A stretch of 64,000 nt of DNA. Origin: an uncultured Pelagibacteraceae bacterium (GTDB taxonomy: Bacteria > Pseudomonadota > Alphaproteobacteria > Pelagibacterales > Pelagibacteraceae). Below are positions 20,254 through 30,242 of the stretch, one piece after another. Positions within the stretch are counted from its first letter, which is position 1; each line of letters starts with the position of its first letter. Location of the stretch: contig CACMJB010000003.1 of assembly GCA_902613915.1 (NCBI GenBank), positions 15,214 through 79,213 on the forward strand, in the 5' to 3' direction. The notes below the pieces were generated by a model. That model was not told the origin of the DNA. It ran no database searches and worked only from the letters and a program-made list of their open reading frames with translations. The position numbers and the translations under genes are program-made.

Positions 20254-20767
20254 TAAAATCTTCGTTTGACGGAAATTCTTCTATTAATACCTCATTCCCT
20301 TTTTTAATTATATCAAATGAAATTGCTTCCTCAGCTGATATACCCCAATTTTGATATGGATAAAACCAATTTGATATTGAAAAAATACATATAGACACAA
20401 CGTAACCTTTAAAAAAACCAAATAAAAATCCAAATATTTTGTCAATTGAACCAACACCAGTCCAGGTAATTGCTTTACTTAAAGTTTTTCCAATAATAAT
20501 TGTTATAAAAAGTGTGAATATAAAAATCGTAATACCTAAACCTAAGTTGTTTATAAATTCAGATTGAATATATTCACTTACTACAGGTTGTAACTTTGGG
20601 ACTAAAATAATTGTTACAATTGTGGACAAAATCCATTTAGAAAATGAAATTAAACTTAAAGAAAAACCTTTATAAAAACAATGTATAACGTTGTAAACTA
20701 CTATAATAGAAACAAAGATATCAAAAAAATTTATGCTAGATACAAAATCTTGCAATACATCAATCAT
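20222..20767 (-). CDS. cvpA: CvpA family membrane protein (colicin V production protein homologue)
   Basis: 181 aa with four hydrophobic helices, in the conserved position immediately upstream of purF, as in many proteobacteria. Confidence 0.8.
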   Translation of the reverse strand: MIDVLQDFVSSINFFDIFVSIIVVYNVIHCFYKGFSLSLISFSKWILSTIVTIILVPKLQPVVSEYIQSEFINNLGLGITIFIFTLFITIIIGKTLSKAITWTGVGSIDKIFGFLFGFFKGYVVSICIFSISNWFYPYQNWGISAEEAISFDIIKKGNEVLIEEFPSNEDFIDTKKKIEKI

Positions 20768-23256
20768 ATAGCAAGATTATTTTTTTCTTCTCCAAACGGT
20801 TTATATGTAAGAATTAATTTTGGAAGTAACGTTAAGACCGAAATCATTGCTAAAAGCATAGCTATTCCCGTAAACACACCAAAATAAATTGTAGGTATAA
20901 AGTTAGATAATACCAATATTGAAAAACCAAAAACAATAGTAATAGAAGTATTTAAAATTGCTATTCCAACAGTACTATGACATCGGTCTAAAGTTTTATT
21001 ATAGTTATTTATTTTTTTGAATTCTTCTCTAAATCTATAAATATAATGAATACTATTATCTACTGCTATACCGATTGTAATAGCGGCTATAGTTATAGTC
21101 ATCATGTCTAAAGGAATTTCAAGTAAGCCAATAATACCAAGAATAAAAAAAGCTGCTAAAAAATTCGGAACAATACCTATTAATGAAAGAGTTATATTTC
21201 TAAATAAAATAAAAAACATTAAAAAAATTCCAACAATAACGATACCCAAAGTTAATATTTGTGATTTGAATAGACTTTGCAACAAATTATTAAATAATAT
21301 CAAAACACCGGCTAATTTGTACTCATCTTTATTTAAACCTAATTTTGTGTTTAATTCAGAATTTATTTTATTAATTAAGTCGTTTCTTCTTAAATCTTTT
21401 AAGGAGTCTTTAATTCTTATGCTTATTCTAGCTTCATCTTTTTCAACAGATATATAAGGTGATACAATCTCCTCTTTTATTGGTTCTGGTATTTTACTGT
21501 ATAATACTGCGATTTCTAAACTTTGTAATTGTTTATTATTTAAATCTTCAGCAACTCTTAATATTGATCCAAAAGATAAAACTTTTCCGATTTCAGGTAA
21601 TGAGTCTAAGTAATCATGAACTTTTATAATTTTATCCATTTTATCTCTTGTAAACCAATATTTAGACTTATCTTCTTCACTGTTTCTGTCATCCTCATCC
21701 CACTCATCAAATTCATCATTATCTTTATCTTTTTTAGTTTCTTTAATGCCTGCAGGAAATTTAAGAATAACATTTAATGGGGTTGTACCACCTAAGTCAT
21801 CATCAATTTTTTTCATACCTTTATAAATTTCAGTTTCTTTGTCAAAATAATTTATAAAACTATTTTCAACTTCAAGCTTTGTAATGCCAACGATACTAAA
21901 AATTATTATTAAAAAAGTAGAACCAAAAATAATAATTTTATTATTCTTAGTAAAAGAACCTAAGGTGGATGTTATTAAAGATTTTTCTGTATCCTTAATA
22001 CCTATTTCGTCTTGAGAGGCAAGGATGGTAATTAATGAAGGTAACAATAAAAATGTAACTAAGAATGAAACTATCAGTCCTAAGGTCATCATCCAACCAA
22101 AATCTATTATAGGCTTAATACCGCTTAATACTAAAGAAAGGAAAGCACATATTGTGGTAAGGGCAGTGTAAAGAATTGGCAACATCATTTTTTTACTAGC
22201 CTCAAACACTACTTCGTTTTTTGTTAGATCAGGAAATTCTTTCTTCAATTGTAAAAATCTTACAGTCAAATGAATATTCATAGCCATATTTAGAATAAGC
22301 ATCAATGCAATGAAGTTTGATGAAATTACAGTTACTTTCCATCCTATAAAGCCTAATAAACCAATCATTATTATAACTGAGGTAGCGCATCCTAATAAAG
22401 GCATTAATACCCATTTTAAATTTCTAAATATAAACCAAAGTGTAAGCACAATAAAAATGAATACCCCAATACCAAAAACCACTATATCACTTTTTATAAA
22501 ACTCATCATATCGTCTGCAATCATGGGAATTCCGCCCAAATAAATTTTAGCGTTTTCTCCATATTTACTTATTACATCTCTTATTTCAGTTATATTTTGA
22601 TGATTTCTAATATTGTATAAGTTTTTGTAATCTTCATATTCTTTAATAAATTTTTTGTAATTTACTTTTTCTTCTTTTGATAATCCTGTTTCGTTAGATT
22701 GCTCAAAGTATTTATCTTTAATTTTTATGTATTCTGCTAATCTTTCATCTTTTTTTAAATAAACAACGATACCAGATGTTTTACCATCCTTGCTGATGAC
22801 GTATTCTTGGTAAATTGGACTATTTATAATTTCATCAAAACCTCTTTCTCTATCTATCTCAGGATAAGCTAAAGTTTTGTAGTTTTTTAGTCTTTCCATC
22901 AATCCCTCGTCTGTGCTTTTTAAGAGAGGAACATCAATTACGGTAATTACGCTGTCTACCCAAGTTAATTTTTCAATTTTGGATTTAAGTAACTGAAGAT
23001 TCAGGATTGTTTCTTTTTGTGTAAAACTTGTTACAGGTGTATAAGTTAAAACTAAAAAGTCTTTAGAACCATAAGTTTCGTTTACATCTCTTAAATATTT
23101 AAGATCAGGATCGCCTTCAAGTAAAAGTGCATCTGAAGAAGCATCTAAATTAAAGTTTTTAGCTTGATAAAGTGCAAAAACAATAAAAATAGTTAAAAAA
23201 AAGATTGTTATTTTCGAAAAATCAGTAGTAATTTTTTTATAAATAGCAGCAAGCAT
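20764..23256 (-). CDS. RND-superfamily exporter (MMPL/HpnN-like, two sterol-sensing-like membrane domains)
   Basis: 830 aa. Two blocks of ~6 TM helices, each preceded by a large soluble loop. Composition and layout match the predicted-exporter RND class. Acidic insert 'KDKDNDEFDEWDEDDRNSEEDK' in the second loop. Substrate unknown. Confidence 0.8.
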   Translation of the reverse strand: MLAAIYKKITTDFSKITIFFLTIFIVFALYQAKNFNLDASSDALLLEGDPDLKYLRDVNETYGSKDFLVLTYTPVTSFTQKETILNLQLLKSKIEKLTWVDSVITVIDVPLLKSTDEGLMERLKNYKTLAYPEIDRERGFDEIINSPIYQEYVISKDGKTSGIVVYLKKDERLAEYIKIKDKYFEQSNETGLSKEEKVNYKKFIKEYEDYKNLYNIRNHQNITEIRDVISKYGENAKIYLGGIPMIADDMMSFIKSDIVVFGIGVFIFIVLTLWFIFRNLKWVLMPLLGCATSVIIMIGLLGFIGWKVTVISSNFIALMLILNMAMNIHLTVRFLQLKKEFPDLTKNEVVFEASKKMMLPILYTALTTICAFLSLVLSGIKPIIDFGWMMTLGLIVSFLVTFLLLPSLITILASQDEIGIKDTEKSLITSTLGSFTKNNKIIIFGSTFLIIIFSIVGITKLEVENSFINYFDKETEIYKGMKKIDDDLGGTTPLNVILKFPAGIKETKKDKDNDEFDEWDEDDRNSEEDKSKYWFTRDKMDKIIKVHDYLDSLPEIGKVLSFGSILRVAEDLNNKQLQSLEIAVLYSKIPEPIKEEIVSPYISVEKDEARISIRIKDSLKDLRRNDLINKINSELNTKLGLNKDEYKLAGVLILFNNLLQSLFKSQILTLGIVIVGIFLMFFILFRNITLSLIGIVPNFLAAFFILGIIGLLEIPLDMMTITIAAITIGIAVDNSIHYIYRFREEFKKINNYNKTLDRCHSTVGIAILNTSITIVFGFSILVLSNFIPTIYFGVFTGIAMLLAMISVLTLLPKLILTYKPFGEEKNNLAI

Positions 23257-23308
23257 GTGAATATTTCAGATATATCTTAATTATTTTATAACTAAAGAAA
23301 AATTAATG

Positions 23309-24733
23309 CTAATTTTTGGATAAATCTTTAAATTTTGTGTAAATTCCTTCAAACTCTACTTTAACTGTACCAGTAGGACCATGCCTTTGTTTTCCTATTA
23401 TTATATCTGCTAAACCATTTACATCATTCATTTTTGACTGCCATTCTGCATGTTCTATGGATCCAAGTTTTGGTTGTTTTCTCTCAAGATAGTAAGCTTC
23501 TCTATAAACAAACATTACCACATCTGCGTCTTGTTCTATTGAGCCTGACTCTCTTAAGTCTGCTAGTTGAGGTTGTTTATCGTCTCTTTGTTCGACTGCT
23601 CTAGATAATTGAGATAGTGCTAAAATTGGAACAGATAATTCTTTTGCTAATGCTTTTAATCCTTGAGTTATTTCAGATATTTCTTGAACACGTCCTTCAT
23701 TTTTTAATGAGTTTGATCTCATCAGTTGAATATAATCTACAACTATCAGACTTAAGCCAAATAATCTTTTAATTCTTCTTGCTCTATTACTTAATGTAGC
23801 AATAGTAATTGCTGGTGTTTCATCAATATATAACGGAAGATCATAAATATTTCTTGAAGTTTCTATGTATCTATTTACTTCTTCTTCTGTAACTTTACCT
23901 CTTCTAATATCATCCGATTTAATTCTAGCTTGCTCAGACAATATTCTTGTAGACAGTTGTTCAGAAGACATCTCTAAAGAAAAAAAGGCAACAGAGGATT
24001 TTTCTTGTCGTTTAAATAAATTTTGGGCTGCATTATATGCTATATTTGTGGCTAAAGCAGTTTTACCCATTGATGGTCTTCCTGCTATGATTACTAGATC
24101 TGATTTGTGTAGCCCACCTAATCTCTCATCTAGATCTCTAAGACCTGTAGGAACACCTACTATACCTTGATCATTTTGCATTGCTAAAGTTGCCATTTCA
24201 ATAGTTTGATCTAAAGCTTGATTAAATTTTAAAAAAGATTGCGAAAAACTCCCCCTTTCAGCTAAATCAAAAAGTGATTTTTCTGTAGACTCAATTATAT
24301 TTTCAGCGTTTTGTTCTTGAGAGTTTGCATTTAAAGTATCCGAAGATAACTGATCAGATATTTTTACCAATTCTCTTCTTAAATACATTTCATGAATAAT
24401 TTTTGCGTAATCAATTGCTTGTTTGATTGAACCAGAAAATCTTGTAAGTTTTACCAAGTATTCTGTACCTCCAACCTCATTTAACATTCCATCTTTTTCA
24501 AAAAAGTTTTTGAGAGTTATTGGATTTGCTATCATTCCTTTATTATTTAAACTTTCAATAACTTCATAAATTTTGATATGACCAGGATCGTAAAAAATAT
24601 GAGGTTTTATCAAAGTAGAAATTTCATCAATTATATCATTATTTACTAAGACTGATCCTAAAAGAGCTTGTTCTGCCTCTAAATTAGAAGGTTGAGTATT
24701 TTTATTTTTATTTTTAAGTTTTATTTCTTCCAC
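23309..24733 (-). CDS. dnaB: Replicative DNA helicase DnaB
   Basis: 'NLEAEQALLGSVL', Walker A 'GRPSMGKTALA', 'LSQLSRAVEQR' and 'IIGKQRHGPTG'. Confidence 0.98.
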   Translation of the reverse strand: MEEIKLKNKNKNTQPSNLEAEQALLGSVLVNNDIIDEISTLIKPHIFYDPGHIKIYEVIESLNNKGMIANPITLKNFFEKDGMLNEVGGTEYLVKLTRFSGSIKQAIDYAKIIHEMYLRRELVKISDQLSSDTLNANSQEQNAENIIESTEKSLFDLAERGSFSQSFLKFNQALDQTIEMATLAMQNDQGIVGVPTGLRDLDERLGGLHKSDLVIIAGRPSMGKTALATNIAYNAAQNLFKRQEKSSVAFFSLEMSSEQLSTRILSEQARIKSDDIRRGKVTEEEVNRYIETSRNIYDLPLYIDETPAITIATLSNRARRIKRLFGLSLIVVDYIQLMRSNSLKNEGRVQEISEITQGLKALAKELSVPILALSQLSRAVEQRDDKQPQLADLRESGSIEQDADVVMFVYREAYYLERKQPKLGSIEHAEWQSKMNDVNGLADIIIGKQRHGPTGTVKVEFEGIYTKFKDLSKN

Positions 24734-24807
24734 TACAACATAATAAGACTAGAAAATTTACTTCAAAGAGAAAAGTTACACACTTTTTTTCTTTGACTGT
24801 GGAAAAG

Positions 24808-25263
24808 TTATTTAGACTTTATTTTATCAATCTTAATAGAACAAATTGTTTTTACTTCAGCGTGAAAATTTACGTTAATTTTATAAGTTCCAATTTTATT
24901 AAGATCTTCTTTTAAAATTATTTGAGAGGGAGATACATCTGCATTTGATTTTTCTTTTATCATATTTGTGATTTCTTTTGGTTTGATAGAACCGTACAAC
25001 TCACCATTTTCTTTACATTCTTTATAAAATACAAAAGTTTTATTTTCAATTTGTTTGGCTATTTCTACAAATTTGTTTTTGACTTCAATATTTTTTTTAT
25101 TAAGTTCATCTTTCTTTTTTCTTACTAATTCAAAATTTTCTTTATTAAATCTTAGTGCTTTACCTTGTTTGAGAAGAAAGTTTCTTCCATAACCATTTTT
25201 TACAATTACTTTATCTCCGATTCTTCCAAGATTAATTATATTTTCTAATAATATTATTTCCAT
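24808..25263 (-). CDS. rplI: 50S ribosomal protein L9
   Basis: 'MEIILLENIINLGRIGDKVIVKNGYGRNFL'. Last gene of the rpsF-rpsR-rplI cluster. Confidence 0.95.
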   Translation of the reverse strand: MEIILLENIINLGRIGDKVIVKNGYGRNFLLKQGKALRFNKENFELVRKKKDELNKKNIEVKNKFVEIAKQIENKTFVFYKECKENGELYGSIKPKEITNMIKEKSNADVSPSQIILKEDLNKIGTYKINVNFHAEVKTICSIKIDKIKSK

Positions 25264-25264
25264 T

Positions 25265-25537
25265 TTATATTAAAGCTAAAATTTTTGCTTTTTTAATTTC
25301 TTTAGTTAATTTTTTTTGTTTTCCATAAGAAACTGATGTGATTTTAGTAGAAATAATTTTTCCATTTTCTGAGATATATTTTTTTAAGACTTCAATATTT
25401 TTATAGTCAATTATTGGGCTATTTTTAATTGATAAAGGGCATTTTCTTGAAAATTTTGAATCATTTTTTTGAAACAAACTTAGTTTATTTAAGGAAGAGC
25501 CTTTTTTTTTTTGAAACTTTTTATTTCTTCTTTTCAT
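25265..25537 (-). CDS. rpsR: 30S ribosomal protein S18
   Basis: 'CPL....IDYKNIEVLKKYISENGKI' core, with a K-rich N-terminus. Confidence 0.93.
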   Translation of the reverse strand: MKRRNKKFQKKKGSSLNKLSLFQKNDSKFSRKCPLSIKNSPIIDYKNIEVLKKYISENGKIISTKITSVSYGKQKKLTKEIKKAKILALI

Positions 25538-25539
25538 TT

Positions 25540-25857
25540 TTATTTTTTATTGAAAAATTCATTTTTTAAATCAAGTTTTTTATACTTAACTATCAAGTAC
25601 CTGATAATGTCTTTATCTAATTTAATTTTTTTTTTTACTTCATCTAAAGTTTCATTATTGCCTTCAAATTTATAATGTAAATAAAAACCTTTTCTATAGT
25701 TTTTGATTTTATGTGATAAATTTTTTAAACCCCAATTTTCAACTTTAACAACTTTCCCCGATTTATTAATTAAATTGTTATACTTGTCCTTTATCTCTGA
25801 TAGTTCTTTCTCTGCAAGATCTTGTTTTGCTACAATAGTATTCTCGTAAAAAGCCAT
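25540..25857 (-). CDS. rpsF: 30S ribosomal protein S6
   Basis: 'YENTIVAKQDL', 'ENWGLKNLSHKI' and 'GFYLHYKFE'. First gene of the S6-S18-L9 cluster. Confidence 0.93.
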   Translation of the reverse strand: MAFYENTIVAKQDLAEKELSEIKDKYNNLINKSGKVVKVENWGLKNLSHKIKNYRKGFYLHYKFEGNNETLDEVKKKIKLDKDIIRYLIVKYKKLDLKNEFFNKK

Positions 25858-25887
25858 AAATCTAAATATTTTATTTGTAAAAGCTGG

Positions 25888-25915
25888 GTTATACTATATT
25901 GAATGATATTAGCAA
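25888..25915 (-). promoter_or_regulatory. Candidate rpsF promoter (TTGCTA-N16-TATAAC on the minus strand)
   Basis: The reverse complement of 25910-25915 is TTGCTA and of 25888-25893 is TATAAC, about 30 nt upstream of the rpsF ATG. It overlaps a possible divergent fabD promoter. AT-rich background makes this tentative. Confidence 0.3.
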
Positions 25916-25943
25916 TACCAATATTTATAAGTAAAAATTCAAT

Positions 25944-26897
25944 ATGAATGCTTTATTATTTCCAGGTCAAGGATCTCAAACAGTTGGGATGGGATTAGAA
26001 TTTTACAATAAATTCGAAATTGTAAAAAAAATTTTTAGAGAAGCAGATGAAAAATTAAACTTTTCAATCACAAAACTAATTTTAGAAGGCCCAACTGATG
26101 AGTTGCAACTTACTAAAAATACCCAGCCAGCTATACTTACTGTTAGCTACTCGATATTTAGAGTATTAAAAGATGAATTTAATTTTGATTTTAGCTCTTT
26201 TAAATTTTTTGCTGGACACTCTCTAGGAGAATATACTGCTTATGTATGTGCAGAATCATTGGATTTCGCAGATGCCATTTTTCTCCTCAGAGAAAGAGGG
26301 AACGCGATGCAACAAGCCGTTCCAATAGGCGAAGGATCGATGGTTGCTGTTTTAGGTTTAGAATTTAATGAACTAATTAAATTAATAAAAGAATTTAATA
26401 ATAAAAATGACAACGGTACGTGTGAAGCAGCTAATGATAATGCCGATGGCCAGGTAATTGTTAGTGGTGATGTAAAAAGTATTAATAAATTTCAACAAGA
26501 ATTAATGGAAAAAAAAATTAAATCAATACCTTTAAAAGTAAGTGCCCCTTTTCACTGTTCTTTAATGAAACCAGCTGCTGAAACAATGAAAGAAAAAATA
26601 AAAAATGTAAATTTTAATAAACCAAAAGTAAAAATAATAAACAACGTTAATGCGAGATCAGAAGATGACACATCTAAAATAAAAAAATTGCTTATTGACC
26701 AAATTTGCTCGACTGTTAAATGGAGAGAAACAATTTTAGATGCATCTGATCTTGGTGTAAAAAACTTTATTGAAATTGGACCTGGCAAAGCGTTAACTGG
26801 AATGGTTAAAAGAACGGTGAAAAAAAAACCAGTCAATTGCTTTTCTGTAAATTCATTAGATGATATAAATATTTTACAAAATGAACTTAAAAAATAA
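25944..26897 (+). CDS. fabD: Malonyl-CoA:ACP transacylase
   Basis: 'LFPGQGSQ', active-site 'GHSLGEY' and 'VSAPFHC'. Confidence 0.96.
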   Translation: MNALLFPGQGSQTVGMGLEFYNKFEIVKKIFREADEKLNFSITKLILEGPTDELQLTKNTQPAILTVSYSIFRVLKDEFNFDFSSFKFFAGHSLGEYTAYVCAESLDFADAIFLLRERGNAMQQAVPIGEGSMVAVLGLEFNELIKLIKEFNNKNDNGTCEAANDNADGQVIVSGDVKSINKFQQELMEKKIKSIPLKVSAPFHCSLMKPAAETMKEKIKNVNFNKPKVKIINNVNARSEDDTSKIKKLLIDQICSTVKWRETILDASDLGVKNFIEIGPGKALTGMVKRTVKKKPVNCFSVNSLDDINILQNELKK

Positions 26898-27612
26898 AAA
26901 AGTTTTGATCACTGGTGCTACTGGAGGGATTGGAAATTCGCTTGTAAAAAAATTTAATGAAATGGGAGCTGTAATTTTAGCGAGTGGAACTAATGATGAG
27001 AAAATCTCTAATCTCAAAAAAAATTTTCCCAACATTGAAACAAAAAAATTTAAATTAGATCAACACGAAGAAATCGAAAACTTTATAGACGAAGTAGAAA
27101 AAAAAATTGATGGTATTGATATTCTTGTAAATAATGCAGGAATTACACTTGATAATTTATCAATAAGACTTCTAAATGAAAATTGGAAAAAAGTAATTGA
27201 CGTTAACTTAACTTCTAGTTTTCTTATGTGTAAGTATGTAATAAAAAAAATGCTAAAAAAAAAGTATGGTAAAATAATTAACATTACTTCTGTAGTAGGG
27301 CATACAGGAAATCTTGGTCAATCAAATTACTCTGCATCTAAAGCTGGCATCATTGGTTTTTCAAAAAGTCTAGCTATTGAATATGGTCGTAAAAATATAA
27401 ATATAAATTGTGTTTCTCCTGGCTTTATTAAAACTGAAATGACAGATAAAATTAATGAAGAATTTAGAAAAAAATTAATAGACAAGATACCTTCAGGAAG
27501 ACTAGGTTCTACTGAAGATGTTTCGAATTGTGTAGTTTTTTTAGCATCAGATATGTCAAGTTATATCAATGGAGAAACTATACATGTTAACGGTGGAATG
27601 TATATGGCTTGA
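26881..27612 (+). CDS. fabG: 3-oxoacyl-ACP reductase
   Basis: 'ITGATGGIGNS', 'NNAGIT' and catalytic 'YSASKAG'. Overlaps the fabD end by 17 nt. Confidence 0.95.
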   Translation: MNLKNKKVLITGATGGIGNSLVKKFNEMGAVILASGTNDEKISNLKKNFPNIETKKFKLDQHEEIENFIDEVEKKIDGIDILVNNAGITLDNLSIRLLNENWKKVIDVNLTSSFLMCKYVIKKMLKKKYGKIINITSVVGHTGNLGQSNYSASKAGIIGFSKSLAIEYGRKNININCVSPGFIKTEMTDKINEEFRKKLIDKIPSGRLGSTEDVSNCVVFLASDMSSYINGETIHVNGGMYMA

Positions 27613-27665
27613 CAATTCTAATTAATAATTTATTAAGAAATTAAAATATTTTAAGAAAGGAATTC

Positions 27666-27905
27666 ATGTCAGAAGAAATTAAAAGCAAAGTAAAAAAAAT
27701 TGTTGCAGATCACTTAGGTATTGAAGAAGAAAAAATTAAGGACGAGTCAAGTTTTATTGATGACTTAGGAGCAGACAGTCTAGACACGGTTGAATTAGTT
27801 ATGGCCTTTGAGGAAGAATTTGGATCTGAGATTTCAGATAGTGAAGCTGAAAAAATATTAACTATTAACGACGCCGTAAAGTTTATTGAGAGTAAATCTA
27901 GTTAA
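27666..27905 (+). CDS. acpP: Acyl carrier protein
   Basis: '[21 protein letters not shown]' with the phosphopantetheine Ser. 79 aa. Confidence 0.97.
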   Translation: MSEEIKSKVKKIVADHLGIEEEKIKDESSFIDDLGADSLDTVELVMAFEEEFGSEISDSEAEKILTINDAVKFIESKSS

Positions 27906-27925
27906 AGAATTGTGAATAAATTTTA

Positions 27926-28522
27926 ATGTCTAATAAGGAGAATATAATGATTATATTATCTTCTCCTTCTGGTGTTGGCAAAACAACAATAACAAAAAAA
28001 CTACAACAAAAATACCAATCATTTAAAATATCCGTGTCCCACACGACAAGACCGCCTAGATCTAATGAGGTTGATGGAATAGATTATCATTTTGTATCAA
28101 AAAAAAAATTTGAAACTTTAATTAAGGATAAAAAATTTTATGAATACGCAAAAATTTTTGACAATTATTACGGTACTTTAAAAAATACTGTTGACATGAT
28201 GTTAAAGCAAAATGATATAATTTTTGATATAGATTGGCAAGGAACGCAACAACTTACAAATTTTAAAAATTTAAAATTTATAAAAATTTTTTTAATTACT
28301 AGTAGTAAAGAAGACTCAAAAAATAGATTAATTAATCGTAATCAAAATACAAAATTAGAATTAGAAAAAAGATTAAAATCATACAATAATGATATAAAGC
28401 ATTGGAAAGATTATGATTATATTGTTCTTAATCAAAATCTGGAAAATTGTTTTCAACAAATAGAAAAAATAATATTTAGTCAAAAAAATAAAATCTTTAT
28501 CAACTCTCCAAAAGCTCAGTAA
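27926..28522 (+). CDS. gmk: Guanylate kinase
   Basis: 'LSSPSGVGKTT', 'SVSHTTRPPRSNEVDGIDYHFVS' and 'EYAKIFDNYYGT'. An alternative ATG at 27947 is possible. Confidence 0.94.
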   Translation: MSNKENIMIILSSPSGVGKTTITKKLQQKYQSFKISVSHTTRPPRSNEVDGIDYHFVSKKKFETLIKDKKFYEYAKIFDNYYGTLKNTVDMMLKQNDIIFDIDWQGTQQLTNFKNLKFIKIFLITSSKEDSKNRLINRNQNTKLELEKRLKSYNNDIKHWKDYDYIVLNQNLENCFQQIEKIIFSQKNKIFINSPKAQ

Positions 28523-29282
28523 TCTTATAGTAAGTTTCTGGCCTGATATCAGCTGGTCTTGAATTTAATTTTAGGTTCTCTATTTTATTTATTTTCTTTT
28601 CATCTAAAAGAGTTTTAATTTTTTTGTTAATCATTTTTCTTTTATTATTAAAGATTATATTAGTCACTTTCTCAAGATTAGTTATATTTTTTATTTTATA
28701 CATAAATTTAATTTTAGGCTTAAAGTGTAATAATATAGATGTAACTTTTGGTCTTGGAAAAAAACAGTTGTAAGAAATTAAAAATCTTTTTTTAACTTCT
28801 AATCTATAATTTGTTAAAATTGATAGTCTACTGTAGTTTTTTGATAAATATTTGCCAATTATTTTTTCTCCTAACTCTTTCTGGAACATAAAAATTAAAT
28901 CTTTAAACCAAGGTGGCCACTTTTCATTTTTGATAAATTTAATGAGTATCTGCGAAGAAATATTATAAGGTAAATTTCCAAAAACTATAGATTCTTTTTT
29001 TTGAATTTTTTTTAAATCTACTTTTAGTACATCCTCATTTAATATAATCAATGAATTATTGTTTTTATATTTTAATTTTAAATTTTTATATAAAGAAAAA
29101 TCTTTTTCAATTAAAGTTAAGCTCTTAGGTTTTTTTCTTAAAATTTCATCAGTTAAATTACCTGTACCAGGTCCAATTTCAATAACATTTTTCCCCTCTA
29201 TTTTTAAAGAGTTTACTATCTTTCGTATTATATTTTTATCTATTAGGAAATTTTGTCCTAATGATTTTTTAGGATATTTCAT
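28500..29282 (-). CDS. rsmA: 16S rRNA (adenine1518/1519-N6)-dimethyltransferase
   Basis: 'KSLGQNFL', 'VIEIGPGTGNLT' and 'GNLPYNISS'. The 3' end overlaps the gmk 3' end by 23 nt. Confidence 0.95.
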   Translation of the reverse strand: MKYPKKSLGQNFLIDKNIIRKIVNSLKIEGKNVIEIGPGTGNLTDEILRKKPKSLTLIEKDFSLYKNLKLKYKNNNSLIILNEDVLKVDLKKIQKKESIVFGNLPYNISSQILIKFIKNEKWPPWFKDLIFMFQKELGEKIIGKYLSKNYSRLSILTNYRLEVKKRFLISYNCFFPRPKVTSILLHFKPKIKFMYKIKNITNLEKVTNIIFNNKRKMINKKIKTLLDEKKINKIENLKLNSRPADIRPETYYKITELLES

Positions 29283-29288
29283 TTTTTA

Positions 29289-30242
29289 TCAATTCTTATA
29301 AATAAATTTTATACACTCAAATAAACTATCAGGACTAGCTATCTTTTTTTTTACTATATCTTTTGCAACTCCATGATCTGGAGACACGCGCAAATATTTT
29401 AACCCAAGTGTAAGATTAATTGCATTAAATTTATATAAACTTTTAAATGGGGTGAGAACTTGATCATGATACATACCAATAATAATATTATATTTCTTAT
29501 ATTTATTGATAAAGGCAGTATCTGGAACTATTGGTCCATTTATATTTATTTTCATTTTTTTTAAAATTTTAACAGACGGTATAATAATTCTTTTTTCTTC
29601 GGAATTAATCTTAAGCTCAGCGTTATGAGGATTTAACCCAAGAATACCAAAACGAGGTTTTTTTTTAAATATCTTTCTATAGTTAAAATCTATTGTCAAA
29701 ACTTTATTTATTATTTTCTCTTTAGTAATATTTTTAGACACTTTATTTATATTTATATGTGTTGTTATTGGACAAACAGATAAATATTTATTATGAATTA
29801 ACATAACTTCTTTATGATTTTTAATTTTACATTTTTTTGCTAGTAATTCTGTCACGCCAGTTTGATTAGGTAAAAGTTCTTTATTAATTGGACAGTTAAT
29901 TAATCCTTTAAGATTGTTTTTTACATTTAAGGAATGAGCTTTATTTAAACAGTCTAAAACAAATTTTGATGCATCTTTCTTCGTTATATTGAAAGGGTTT
30001 TTAAAATTTAACTTCACATTCAAAATATTGATTCTATTATTTAAAATTTCATGGTTAATTGAGTCAATTTTATTTAATAATATCTTATATTTTAACTTTT
30101 TGAATTGGCTAGAGATAAGCTGAAAATTTGAAATAAGAATAATTTTTTTTTTAATCTTTTTATTTAATTTCCCCCAACATTTTGCAATAATTTCTGAATT
30201 AATACTGTTAGGATCTCCTGATACTATAATTATTTTAGTCAT
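29289..30242 (-). CDS. pdxA: 4-hydroxythreonine-4-phosphate dehydrogenase
   Basis: 'SGDPNSINSEI', 'GLNPHNAE', 'MYHDQVL' and 'SPDHGVAKD'. Lies in the conserved surA-pdxA-rsmA order. Confidence 0.92.
   Translation of the reverse strand: MTKIIIVSGDPNSINSEIIAKCWGKLNKKIKKKIILISNFQLISSQFKKLKYKILLNKIDSINHEILNNRINILNVKLNFKNPFNITKKDASKFVLDCLNKAHSLNVKNNLKGLINCPINKELLPNQTGVTELLAKKCKIKNHKEVMLIHNKYLSVCPITTHININKVSKNITKEKIINKVLTIDFNYRKIFKKKPRFGILGLNPHNAELKINSEEKRIIIPSVKILKKMKININGPIVPDTAFINKYKKYNIIIGMYHDQVLTPFKSLYKFNAINLTLGLKYLRVSPDHGVAKDIVKKKIASPDSLFECIKFIYKN

Noticed and set aside
24734-24807. Possible 12-bp hairpin (CAAAGAGAAAAG ... CTTTTTTTCTTTG) in the rplI-dnaB spacer as a terminator.
   Set aside because: It pairs well only on the plus strand, using G-U wobbles. 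Transcription here is on the minus strand, where those positions become A-C mismatches, so the stem is weak on the relevant RNA.
27906-27925. fabF does not follow acpP as it does in many bacteria; gmk follows after 20 nt.
   Set aside because: Absence from this position says nothing about absence from the genome, and it cannot be evaluated from the window.
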